A DNA stretch of 30,515 nucleotides from assembly GCA_963977015.1 (NCBI GenBank), contig CAXBMO010000041.1, positions 1-30,515 of the forward strand, read 5' to 3'. Below, piece by piece: positions 9,606-18,137 of the stretch (within the stretch, counting starts at the first letter, position 1; each line of letters begins with the position of its first letter). The translations under genes were made by a program, and so were the position numbers. The notes under the pieces were generated by a model. It made no database searches and was not told the DNA's origin. It worked only from the letters and a program-made list of their open reading frames with translations. This DNA is from an uncultured bacterium. Lineage in GTDB: Bacteria; Verrucomicrobiota; Verrucomicrobiia; Verrucomicrobiales; DEV007.

Positions 9606-10244
9606 TCACGATTGGTAGTTGGACAGGTGTTTCTTCACCCGGAAGAAGGATTGCAGCGTGTTGATCGTCATCGTGATGGAAAAGACGATCATCAGCCATT
9701 TGAAAAGGTTGAGATCGAAGAACGCGTAGATGCCGACGGCCCCATAAAGCAGATATTTGCTTCGCAAAATGGTCTGCATCGGGATCTCGAGAAAATTCTG
9801 GAGGACCGACAGGGAAATCATCGTGACGTAGATCACGCAGTAGAAGCAGGCCAGCACGGGATCGACCAAGTGGTGGGCAATCACGAGCAGGCAGGTCACG
9901 ACCATGCCCATTTGATCCGCGAACACATCGGCGAGCGCGCCACCGCCGTTGGCGGTTTTGGAGACGCGGGCCACGATCCCGTCCAGGCCGTCAAAGAGGA
10001 CGTAGATCCAGACCACAAGGGCCGCAGCCTTGAGGTGGTCGCCAAAAAGCAGTGCATAGGGAATGAGGGTCAGGATTCCGGCCAGGGTGAGGTGATCCGC
10101 CTTGAGCCCACGTTGAACCAGCGGACGAATCACCGGGCCAAAGGTGTCCGTTCTCCAACTCGAAAACTTTTCCTGACCGCCCCGTTCCTTGTCGCTGAAA
10201 TAGCCAACTTCGACAGTCTTTGAACTCTCCTCTTCGTTATCCAT
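9606..10244 (-). CDS. CDP-alcohol phosphatidyltransferase family protein
   Basis: Signature DGLDGIVAR...GGALADVFAD; multiple TM segments. Confidence 0.9.
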   Translation of the reverse strand: MDNEEESSKTVEVGYFSDKERGGQEKFSSWRTDTFGPVIRPLVQRGLKADHLTLAGILTLIPYALLFGDHLKAAALVVWIYVLFDGLDGIVARVSKTANGGGALADVFADQMGMVVTCLLVIAHHLVDPVLACFYCVIYVTMISLSVLQNFLEIPMQTILRSKYLLYGAVGIYAFFDLNLFKWLMIVFSITMTINTLQSFFRVKKHLSNYQS

Positions 10245-10305
10245 GTTGGGTCAGGGGATTCTGCCGCGACCTTCCCAACACTCAAGTCCTAATTCGTCGC
10301 GCGTT

Positions 10306-12804
10306 TCAGTGGTTGAACATGAACTCCTTGGTGTTGATGAGCACCCAGAGGAGATCTTCGAAGGCCTGTCGTTCAGCGGCTTCCGGGGTCAGCTTCCCTT
10401 CGCTTTCAGCAGCGAGTTGCCGTTTTTTGGCGAGGTGGGATTGGGCCATGGCGAGTTCCTCGGCATCCGGTTCGCGGGAAACGGCGCGAAGGTAGAGTTC
10501 GGTGAGCCGGTCGGCATCGGGGCGCTCGCCCGCTTTGGACAGTTCGGCGGCGAGACCGGAGTTGGCGTTGAGTTTGGTCTGGATCAGGTTGGAATTGATG
10601 AGATGGAGGCTCTGGCCAAGATTGGCTTCGTCGGTGCGCTCGCACTCACAGGCGGCATCCATCGCGGGGCGACCGAACACGGTGAGAAACTCGGATTCAT
10701 TGTTCGCCTTCTCGTTGGGCAGCGCGATGGCGCGGACGCCGACGGGTTGCTGGTTGAACGAGTTCTGCGAACCGGTCACGTCGTTGATGGAATCGAGCAG
10801 GACTTCGGCCGGGAGGCGGCGGGGATAAAAGCGGGCGTAGTTCTGTTCGTCGGCCCCATTGTTTTCCTGGGGCAGGGAGCTGAGCTGGTAGGTTTGGCTG
10901 TTGCAGAGCGTCCGGATCAGCACTTTGAGGTCAAAACCGGACCCGGCAAAATTCCGGGCCAGTTCTTCGAGCAACTCGGGGTGCGTTGCCGGGTTGGTCG
11001 GGCGGATGTCGTCTTCCGGCTCGACGAGGCCGCGGCTGAAAAAATGCTTCCAGTAGCGATTGACGAGAACGCGGGCAAAATACGGATTCTCCTTGGCGCG
11101 AACCCAGGTGGCGAGTTCAAACCTGGGATCCCGATCCGCCGGAATCTCCAGCGCATCTCCTTCACCCAGCAATCTGGGCTTGAGCTGCTGACCCGAGATC
11201 GGGTTCTGCATCTGGGCGACCGTCCGGCTGTGGTAGACGAGATCTTCGGCCGGCAGCTTGGGCGTTTTCTTCCGCTTCAGGGTCGAGAAAAACGCGGCGA
11301 ACGAAAAGTAGTCGTCCTGGCTCCAGCGCTCATAGGGGTGATGGTGGCACTGGGCGCACTGCATCCGAATCCCGAGAAAAACCTGGGCAATGTCCTGCAT
11401 TTGCTCCTTCTGATCCTTGACGACCCGATACCAGCTCACGGCCGGGTTTTCGCGGGCATTTCCGCTCGCGAGAATGAGTTCGCTGGCAAACTGGTCGAAG
11501 GGCTTGTTGGTGAGCAGACTGCTGCGAATCCAGGAATGAAAGGCGTAGGATTCCTGGGCAACCCATTCCTGGCCGCGACCGACCTGGTTGCGCAACAAAC
11601 CGGCCCATTTTCCCGCGAAATAGTCGGCGTAATCGGTGGATTCGAGCAGCGCGTCGATCTTGGCCGAACGTTTGTCGGGAGCTTCCGAAGCGAGAAAGGT
11701 CCGGGTTTCCTCAAGGGTGGGCAGGCGACCGGCGATGTCGAGCGTGACGCGGCGGAGAAAGGTTTGGTCGTCACAAATTTTGGATGCCGGGAGGCCGAGA
11801 ACGCGGAGCTTGGCGAAGATGTGCTCGTCGACGAAGTTCGCCGGTTTGGGTAGCTCGGCAATCGTCCCGCCAACCGGAATCGTCGCCATGAACACGGTGA
11901 TGTGCTCCTGAAAGCGAACCATGACCGAGGTGCTGCCGGATCGGTTGGCAAAGCTGACGAGCCCGTGTTCATCCGCTTCGCTCATTTCCGGTTGATTGCC
12001 CTCGTATTGCACCGCGCGGGTGATGTCACGCGTCGTTCCATCGCTGAAGAATGCGGTCACCGCGAGTTGTTGCCGGGAACCCGGTTGCGCGACGACGTTG
12101 CGGGGAAAAATCGCGATCCGCTCGACGGTCGCTTCCGATTCGGGGTGATAGGGGAGGCCGGATTCGATCCAACGCCGAATCGTGCGGTAATCCTCGGAGT
12201 CGCGTTCGAGACGGGCGCCGCCTTCGTGGGGAATCTCGCCACTGGCTTTCAGCAAAATCAGGCTGTGATCCGGTGCGGCCGGGTTGGCCCGGCGTCCGCG
12301 CGACTGCCGCGCGATCATCTCAAAGTCGGATCCCGGATCGAACCCGAGGAGCGAAAGCTGAAACCCGTTCTGGCCGGTCGACTTGGCGTGGCAGGCCCCG
12401 GCGTTGCAATGGCTGCGGGTGAAAACGGGCACGACGTCGTTGGCGAAGCTGACCGCCTGGGGTTGGTCAAATTGTTCGACGCGAACCTGGATCGAGGCGG
12501 AGGGATGCCCGTCTGAATCGGCCGTGATCGTGGCTTCTCCGTTCGCGGTGGCCTTGACGAACCCCGTCGCACTGATTTCGACAATGCCCGCTGGATGGGT
12601 GGAGTAGCGGACCGAACGCGTCGCATCGCGTCCTTCCTGCATCACGACCAGTTGCTGGCGGGCGTCGGGACCGATCAAAACGATGGAATCCGCTTCGGCG
12701 CGACCGTGAATCGTCGGATTCGGCGGGTTGGCGGCATCCAATCCACCCGCGAGGAAGAGGGAAAACACGAGCGAACGTCGGAAAATGGAAGTGGCAACAG
12801 GCAT
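10306..12804 (-). CDS. DUF1549/DUF1553 protein with Ig-like (Big_2) domains
   Basis: CNAGACH, FLRRVTLDIAGRLP, CAQCHHHPYERW, NRYWKHFFSRGL, ACECER and NTKEFMFNH motifs. Start placed at ATG 12804. Confidence 0.93.
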   Translation of the reverse strand: MPVATSIFRRSLVFSLFLAGGLDAANPPNPTIHGRAEADSIVLIGPDARQQLVVMQEGRDATRSVRYSTHPAGIVEISATGFVKATANGEATITADSDGHPSASIQVRVEQFDQPQAVSFANDVVPVFTRSHCNAGACHAKSTGQNGFQLSLLGFDPGSDFEMIARQSRGRRANPAAPDHSLILLKASGEIPHEGGARLERDSEDYRTIRRWIESGLPYHPESEATVERIAIFPRNVVAQPGSRQQLAVTAFFSDGTTRDITRAVQYEGNQPEMSEADEHGLVSFANRSGSTSVMVRFQEHITVFMATIPVGGTIAELPKPANFVDEHIFAKLRVLGLPASKICDDQTFLRRVTLDIAGRLPTLEETRTFLASEAPDKRSAKIDALLESTDYADYFAGKWAGLLRNQVGRGQEWVAQESYAFHSWIRSSLLTNKPFDQFASELILASGNARENPAVSWYRVVKDQKEQMQDIAQVFLGIRMQCAQCHHHPYERWSQDDYFSFAAFFSTLKRKKTPKLPAEDLVYHSRTVAQMQNPISGQQLKPRLLGEGDALEIPADRDPRFELATWVRAKENPYFARVLVNRYWKHFFSRGLVEPEDDIRPTNPATHPELLEELARNFAGSGFDLKVLIRTLCNSQTYQLSSLPQENNGADEQNYARFYPRRLPAEVLLDSINDVTGSQNSFNQQPVGVRAIALPNEKANNESEFLTVFGRPAMDAACECERTDEANLGQSLHLINSNLIQTKLNANSGLAAELSKAGERPDADRLTELYLRAVSREPDAEELAMAQSHLAKKRQLAAESEGKLTPEAAERQAFEDLLWVLINTKEFMFNH

Positions 12805-12819
12805 GCTGTTCCCTATCAC

Positions 12820-12866
12820 GCGGGTTCCAGGGCAGAAGTTTCACCGTCTGATTTCCGCAAAACGAC
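12820..12866 (+). repeat. 47-bp direct repeat, left copy
   Basis: 41/47 identical to 14899-14945, with a 20-bp exact core GAAGTTTCACCGTCTGATTT. Confidence 0.9.
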
Positions 12867-12886
12867 GACTCGGCCGCCATCACGCC

Positions 12887-13126
12887 CTGCATCGCAAGCT
12901 GAAGCTGATCGTCAACGAAGCTAGAAGCCGAGTGGTCCCGCTTCGTGAAGCCGCGTTTCTCGGTTTCAATATAATGCAACGCCGAGTGCGCTGGAGTGAG
13001 AAATCGAAGAAGCGCTTTAAGGGGAATGCCCGGTATATTATCAGGAGCACGCATGGCGTATCTCCCTCCAAGCAGATTGCCGAACTGCAGTCTTATGTTC
13101 ACGGAGCCATCAACCACTCGATGCCT
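12887..13126 (+). pseudogene. Fragment of a group II intron RT/maturase (RT C-terminus and start of the X domain)
   Basis: RKLKLIVNEARSRVV...FLGF...RVRWSEKSKKRFK...GVS...IAELQSYVHGAINH matches the class C intron-encoded-protein pattern. No YADD and no start. Confidence 0.85.
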
Positions 13127-13136
13127 GTCCTGAACT

Positions 13137-13270
13137 GGAGGGCGATGCTCCGTCATCGCCGATTCTTGGGAATGCCTGGCGGGGGCGGAGGTAGATGGGC
13201 GGACCGCGCGCCTGTCATGCGCCCATCCGCCAAAAGCGAAGTCACGGCGACGACGGAGCGATCGCCCTCC
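13137..13270. repeat. REP/REPIN-like long inverted repeat
   Basis: GGAGGGCGATGCTCCGTCATCGCCG (13137-13161) pairs with 13245-13270 (1 mismatch, 1 indel). There is also an inner hairpin GATGGGCG...CGCCCATC. Confidence 0.75.
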
Positions 13271-13425
13271 CAAAACAATGGCAACGATTCATGTTCGCGT
13301 GTTGGCAACGCGGGGAACCGAAGACGATCTCAAATACGAAGCAAGCTTATCAAGGCGAGGCAGTCAATTCGCAGTTTCGCCGGGCCAAGAGGAATCGAAA
13401 AAGCGCTTCACGAACGAAAAATATC

Positions 13426-13554
13426 CGCAAGGATCGCCCTTCTGTCGAAGCCGGCGTAGCCTGAATATGGTATTCGATCAAGGGTAAGAAGAATTCAATG
13501 GCAACCTGTACTACAAAGCAACAAACTATCGACAGACCACCTCAGATGTTCGAT
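13426..13554. repeat. Repeat 'A', copy 2
   Basis: Aligns with 479-608; fused to the R'' remnant GAGATAA of the CbrC cassette. Confidence 0.9.
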
Positions 13555-13561
13555 TATCTCC

Positions 13562-14086
13562 TTACGTGTAGTCGGCGTAGTATAGCACCTTGGAGCATTT
13601 CCGGCATTTCCACTTGTAGATCGCAGGGTTGCCCCCGGGAGAATAGTTCTGCTTGAATTCTGTGAAGAATTCCTCTGTGAGCCGACTATCATCAAACGTC
13701 GATCGAAAGACCTCAAGGGTCATGGCCGAAACATCAGCTTTGGAGGCATCACCATGAAACTCGCAAGCATCACTACAGCATGAGAGCCAGACCTCCTGCT
13801 GCCAACTGCTGAATCCAGGAGTCCGCTTAGTGACTTCATCGATGATTTCAGGATCCAAACCGGCATCCACCAACGGATAGTCGTCGGAAAACATGCCATC
13901 AAATTTCTCCGCTGCACTGCCATCGGCGATACACCACGGGCAAACAGATTCGACCTCATCCGCGCAATAGAGGCTTGCCGTGTAAATGAATCCTCGAGCC
14001 TTCGAACAGCATTCGCACTTCGCGTCGCTCGCCTTGATGGCGCCGGTCTCAATCGGCTGAGGATGGTAGGTGAACGCTGGGAGCAT
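13562..14086 (-). CDS. CbrC/UPF0167 family protein (gene cassette)
   Basis: FTYHPQP, CECC, CPWCIADGSAAEKF, RTPGFSSWQQE.WLSCC and CRKC motifs. Confidence 0.9.
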   Translation of the reverse strand: MLPAFTYHPQPIETGAIKASDAKCECCSKARGFIYTASLYCADEVESVCPWCIADGSAAEKFDGMFSDDYPLVDAGLDPEIIDEVTKRTPGFSSWQQEVWLSCCSDACEFHGDASKADVSAMTLEVFRSTFDDSRLTEEFFTEFKQNYSPGGNPAIYKWKCRKCSKVLYYADYT

Positions 14087-14093
14087 TTTCTTG

Positions 14094-14152
14094 AGATAAC
14101 GTCGGGCATGTGCCGCGCCGATTAGGCGTCGGACACAATGCCATTGTTCGTC
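14094..14152 (-). mobile_element. Integron attC site (59-bp element)
   Basis: On the minus strand: R'' GACGAAC, arm GGCATtGTGtCCGaCGCC pairing with GGCGCGGCACATGCC (3 extrahelical bases), then R' GTTATCT. R'' AGACGAAC is complementary to this cassette's start GTTCGTCT (14623-14616). Confidence 0.88.
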
Positions 14153-14607
14153 TTCGTTTCGTCTTTTGCCTCTGCGGTCCCCTTCGACGCCATTGCCAGA
14201 TTGTAAGCTTTCATCCAGTTTTTGTTGGCCTCATCAATAGTGTATTCAAGGTATTCAGCGATCTCGTCAAATCGCTTGAATTTTGCAAATCCGACTGGGG
14301 AATAGCCCATTCGATTTTCAACCTCTTCCAACGGATACATCGAAAATGGCGACCTCGTCGGAGTCTTGGTCAGGTGTGCTTCTTCAATGTCTCGAAGCGC
14401 TTCGTCAGGAGAAAATTGGATTCCTTCATATCCCATATACTGAACGAATTGGCGTAGCTTTCGGAGGTTTCCAGATCCGATTCTCCGAAAGATTTCTTTT
14501 TCCCAATACCCCGAGTCATTCACCTCAGGTAGAAACTTGAGAGACGGAAATCGAAATACGAGGTCCTTCCGTATCCTCGAGTAGTCGTATCGAATTCGAT
14601 CAATCAT
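14122..14607 (-). CDS. Hypothetical protein (gene cassette)
   Basis: 161-aa AT-richer ORF between the GTTCGTC core and the attC; its stop lies inside the attC loop. Confidence 0.7.
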   Translation of the reverse strand: MIDRIRYDYSRIRKDLVFRFPSLKFLPEVNDSGYWEKEIFRRIGSGNLRKLRQFVQYMGYEGIQFSPDEALRDIEEAHLTKTPTRSPFSMYPLEEVENRMGYSPVGFAKFKRFDEIAEYLEYTIDEANKNWMKAYNLAMASKGTAEAKDETKTNNGIVSDA

Positions 14608-14623
14608 CTTTCTTCAGACGAAC

Positions 14624-14851
14624 AGATATTGTTCCGCTTCACGGGCGATATCCAATTCCCAAAAGTGAACCTGTTGAGGATCTTCCGTGGGGGCGAATGG
14701 GTTTGAGATTCATGATCCCTGCTTGCGTTTGTGGTATTGATTGAAATGGAGACTGCCTCCGTTGACTGCCACATGGACTATCACTACCAGTTTGCCCAAC
14801 TTGCTGCAATGGCATTTTACCCGAAAATGGAGGGGTGATGGGGAATGTGGG
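14624..14851 (-). repeat. Repeat 'B', copy 3
   Basis: Shares GATATCCAATTC, ATTCATGAT, CTGCCAxATGGACTATCACTACC, TGCAATG..ATTTT.CCCGAAAA and GGGGTGATxGGGAATGTGGG with the other copies. Confidence 0.8.
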
Positions 14852-14898
14852 CTGTCCCCACTACAAGGATCAGAATCTGTCCACGATCTCCAGAATTT

Positions 14899-14945
14899 GC
14901 GGGTTTTGGGGCGGAAGTTTCACCGTCTGATTTGCGCAAAAAGAC
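14899..14945 (+). repeat. 47-bp direct repeat, right copy
   Basis: 41/47 identical to 12820-12866. Confidence 0.9.
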
Positions 14946-14988
14946 TTGCTTACCTTGCTCTTACGGTGCCAAATCTGCCATTGCCAGG

Positions 14989-16383
14989 ATGATGAAGACT
15001 TTTTGGATCGCCATGTCAGTCTGCTGCGTCGCCGTTTTTGCAACGGCCGGCGAGGATCCCAGTCTCCCGCCTTACAAATGGCCGGACTACCCCAAATACA
15101 GCCTCAGGACCGAACATCAGCCGATCAAGGGCTGGAAAATTGAGACGTTGTACAAGGGGAGCCGTGAGGTTTTTCTGCGCGAAAGCGGCCGGGACCGCAA
15201 AGCCAACGGGGTCAAGAGCAAGGACAACCCGACTGCGAAAGGGCTGGATGAGCACCTTTACCTGCTTCACTTCGACTATGCGGACTATCGCAGGCAGGGA
15301 GGACCGCCGATTGCCGAGTTGGAGGTGGATCCGCAGCGGCCTGTGTTTCTCGGTTGGGATTTCAACGATTTCTCGACCCGTTTTCACCGCTGGACCGGCG
15401 AACGCGGCCTTTCGCGCAAGTACGTGAATCCCGCCGAGTTTTCCAGCGAGCGATCGGTGCCGCTGGATGTTCCGCATTTTCACGTGAACCCGAATTGTCG
15501 GCACGCCGATTGGCAGCGGTTCCTGCTTCCGGTGGTGACGGCGGAAGGCGGTGGCGATTTCATGATCGTCAATGCTTTTGATAAGGCCGGGATGACGGTG
15601 GGGTTCATCCAAATGGCGGCGCACACGCCCGACGACATGATTTCGCTGATGCGGCACCTGATTCAGGACGAGGAACTGAAGAAGGATCCGTATGCCAACC
15701 CGGAGCGCTGGTTTCCGGAGCTCGGGATCACGGAGGACGGCAAGCTCGGCTACAAGTTGAGTTCGGGAGAGATCGTTTCGCTTGAGGAATGCACCGAGCA
15801 TCGCAACTCCAACGAAGGGTTCAGGCGTTCTCCGAGCTGGGCTTATTTCCGGGAGGATTTTGTGCGGTTCTGCAATCCTTCTGTCACCGAAATGAACCAG
15901 GCCGAGCTTCACTTCGCGGCGCGATGGCTGATGTGGTCGATGTCTCCGGCGATGCGCGAGGCCCAGGTTCAGCCCTCCAAAGACAACGTGATCAAGAGTC
16001 TGATGAAGCTGGAAGGCGTTCCCCGGCGCGTTTCCGCAGCCGATGCGGCGATAGCTGCGGTGGTCCTGCATTGGAACGATGGCGCCGCCTACCGCAAACG
16101 GGTTGCGGGGATGCTGCGCCACAACACGCCCATCAAGAGCTTCTTCAGCCTGGAATCGCGCAAGGGCGATCCCAAAGCCGAGGCGGTTTACGGGAAGCTC
16201 CTCTGCAAGGAACCCGATTGGTGGCAGATCGGGAACCAAAGCGAGCGCCAGTTGATCAACCGCCGCATTGAAGCGGTTCGCCTGCTTTTTGAGCGCGATC
16301 CCGACCTGCTCAGTCGGCTCCGCGCAATGACGTTTGACTTCGAGACGGGCGAATTGAGCGGCAAACTCGCCTTTGCCGAGTAA
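14989..16383 (+). CDS. Secreted hypothetical protein, possible lysozyme-like hydrolase
   Basis: Signal peptide MMKTFWIAM...ATA and the motif EGGG..IVNAFD...TVGFIQ.AAHTP. Start placed at ATG 14989. Confidence 0.75.
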   Translation: MMKTFWIAMSVCCVAVFATAGEDPSLPPYKWPDYPKYSLRTEHQPIKGWKIETLYKGSREVFLRESGRDRKANGVKSKDNPTAKGLDEHLYLLHFDYADYRRQGGPPIAELEVDPQRPVFLGWDFNDFSTRFHRWTGERGLSRKYVNPAEFSSERSVPLDVPHFHVNPNCRHADWQRFLLPVVTAEGGGDFMIVNAFDKAGMTVGFIQMAAHTPDDMISLMRHLIQDEELKKDPYANPERWFPELGITEDGKLGYKLSSGEIVSLEECTEHRNSNEGFRRSPSWAYFREDFVRFCNPSVTEMNQAELHFAARWLMWSMSPAMREAQVQPSKDNVIKSLMKLEGVPRRVSAADAAIAAVVLHWNDGAAYRKRVAGMLRHNTPIKSFFSLESRKGDPKAEAVYGKLLCKEPDWWQIGNQSERQLINRRIEAVRLLFERDPDLLSRLRAMTFDFETGELSGKLAFAE

Positions 16384-16518
16384 ACAGGTCCGGAGAAATT
16401 CTCGGGAAAAAGTTGAGAGAAACGGCAGTCGGGGACACGTCTCAACGTTGCGTGGGGCGATCCGACCGTTGCAAGGCGGACGCTCCAGCCACGTTTCAAC
16501 CCAATCTTCTGCCACTCC

Positions 16519-17457
16519 ATGCAAAAAATCCGCGTTTCACTTGGTTCCGTCCTTCTCAGCTCTGTCATTCTGTTTCCCAGCAGTTCTCCGGTCTTCGGCG
16601 CGGAAGAACTCACGGAGGCGCAGCTGGAAAAGATTTTGGCGGAACTGACCTCGATCGAAGCGGTCGTTGAAGGCAAGCGGGTTTCGACGCGGGCGAGCGC
16701 CCTGGACATGTTTCGAAGCGCCTCCGGGAGCGACAAGGCGGCCTACGAGTTTTACATGACGTGTGTCAAGGAACTGCAGTTCGATCGCCGCGAAGCGCGG
16801 TTTTCGGAGTTCCGCGATTGGCGGGACAAGAACGAGGCGCGCCTCAAGGAGGATTCGATGGTTGCGGCGATGCGTCTCCAGCTGCAATACCTCGTTCTCA
16901 CCCTCCGCGCCGCGGAAGGCGTCGACCGTGAACTCATCGTTCCCGAGCTTGAGAAGTTCGTCGCGGGAATTGTCGCGAACGTCGAGGACCTGGAGGGAAA
17001 CGGGATGAAGGCGCTTCGGAGTGCCGTCAATCGGACGGTCTTTGCCGAGGCCTACGAGCTGAACCAGTCGCTTCAAGTCGAGGATTGGAGTTATTCGCCC
17101 GGCAACATCGGTTCCGTCTACGATCAGTCGGTCTTTCCCTTTTATCGCGAGCAGAATCCGGAAGGCCTTTCCGCCGCGTGGGATCGCCGCATCGGTTTGG
17201 AGAAGCGGATGCTCGAGCTCACCCAGGCGGACAACAAACTGGCGTTGGAGAATTTCCAGACCGAGCGCCTTCCACGCATGTATTGGGCAAAGGCGGTTGA
17301 TCTGTATCGCAGTGCCTCCCAGCAACAGGGCGCACTATCGATGATCCAGATCTTGCGGGCCAATCCTGATCATCCCGACGCAACGCGCTGGCTGGAGGCC
17401 TTCCGGAATCTCTTGAATGGAGACGGGGAGGCGGACGAAACGGCAGGCGATTCCTGA
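16519..17457 (+). CDS. Secreted helical hypothetical protein
   Basis: 312-aa ORF with a signal peptide and GC-rich, host-like codon use. Confidence 0.8.
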   Translation: MQKIRVSLGSVLLSSVILFPSSSPVFGAEELTEAQLEKILAELTSIEAVVEGKRVSTRASALDMFRSASGSDKAAYEFYMTCVKELQFDRREARFSEFRDWRDKNEARLKEDSMVAAMRLQLQYLVLTLRAAEGVDRELIVPELEKFVAGIVANVEDLEGNGMKALRSAVNRTVFAEAYELNQSLQVEDWSYSPGNIGSVYDQSVFPFYREQNPEGLSAAWDRRIGLEKRMLELTQADNKLALENFQTERLPRMYWAKAVDLYRSASQQQGALSMIQILRANPDHPDATRWLEAFRNLLNGDGEADETAGDS

Positions 17458-17497
17458 TCGGGCTTGAATCCCATTTTGAGATCCGTAGGATTTCAGG

Positions 17498-17680
17498 ATG
17501 TGGAAACCCCTGCGCCTCGCGAATCGAATCCGATTGGAGCTGAGTGTCGTCTTCGCCGCGCTCTGGCTGGCGGCCGGACTTTCGGCGGAACCGGATCGCC
17601 CCAACATCGTCTGGATCAATTGCGAAGACCTCGACGAAACGCTGGGGTGCTATGGCGATCCCTATGCCATTACCCCGAAC
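17498..17680 (+). pseudogene. Truncated sulfatase (N-terminus only)
   Basis: Signal peptide plus [12 protein letters not shown]...[13 protein letters not shown]. Similarity ends before the CxPxR motif, where AT-richer DNA begins. Confidence 0.8.
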
Positions 17681-17714
17681 CGTGTTAATGGTCTGCTGCC
17701 AACGCCAGATGACC

Positions 17715-18137
17715 CTATGAAAAGGATAGCCGCGAATTGATCTGTCCGATCTTTGATCTCTTATTCAATGCCCGAAGCGCATCTTTTGTGGATAGGCACC
17801 CCAATGCTCTGTGGAGGCTTCTTGTCTTGTCTTGTTCAAGCGCATTCATTCGTTCTTCCTTGGACAGTTCCAGAATCTCCTTCAGTTCGTTTTCGGAAGC
17901 CTTTGCGCCGTCAATTTCATTTTTCACAAATACGACAAAAGATCTAACTGGTTTTTCTTCATTCCAAACCTCCCACATTTCATTCAGGTATTCGATTGGA
18001 AGTCCAACCTCATTGGCAATATCAAGATTCTTCACTTCGTTTTCTAAGATTGATTTTCGATGCCGCAGAAATTTGGATAGTGGGTTGGGTTTCTGAGTCA
18101 TCGCTTTTTTAAATTTATCGTCAGCAGATGGGTTCAT
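17715..18137 (-). CDS. Hypothetical protein translationally coupled to the ParA-like ATPase
   Basis: 140-aa charged helical ORF with an ATGA overlap on the upstream stop (18134-18137). Confidence 0.7.
   Translation of the reverse strand: MNPSADDKFKKAMTQKPNPLSKFLRHRKSILENEVKNLDIANEVGLPIEYLNEMWEVWNEEKPVRSFVVFVKNEIDGAKASENELKEILELSKEERMNALEQDKTRSLHRALGCLSTKDALRALNKRSKIGQINSRLSFS

Noticed and set aside
12728-13459. 243-aa ORF as an intact gene
   Set aside because: Chimeric frame made of DUF1553 antisense, intron fragment and REP sequence; only the middle is protein-like.
13278-13487. 69-aa ORF MATIHVRVLA...
   Set aside because: No recognisable family and it runs into repeat A; cannot be supported.
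14620-14634. GAACA-N5-TGTTC as a Verrucomicrobia LexA box
   Set aside because: Half-site order and spacing differ from TGTTC-N4-GAACA, and it is not conserved in the other B copies.
16430-16496. Possible REP remnant between the two secreted-protein genes
   Set aside because: Single weak copy with no clear partner in the window.
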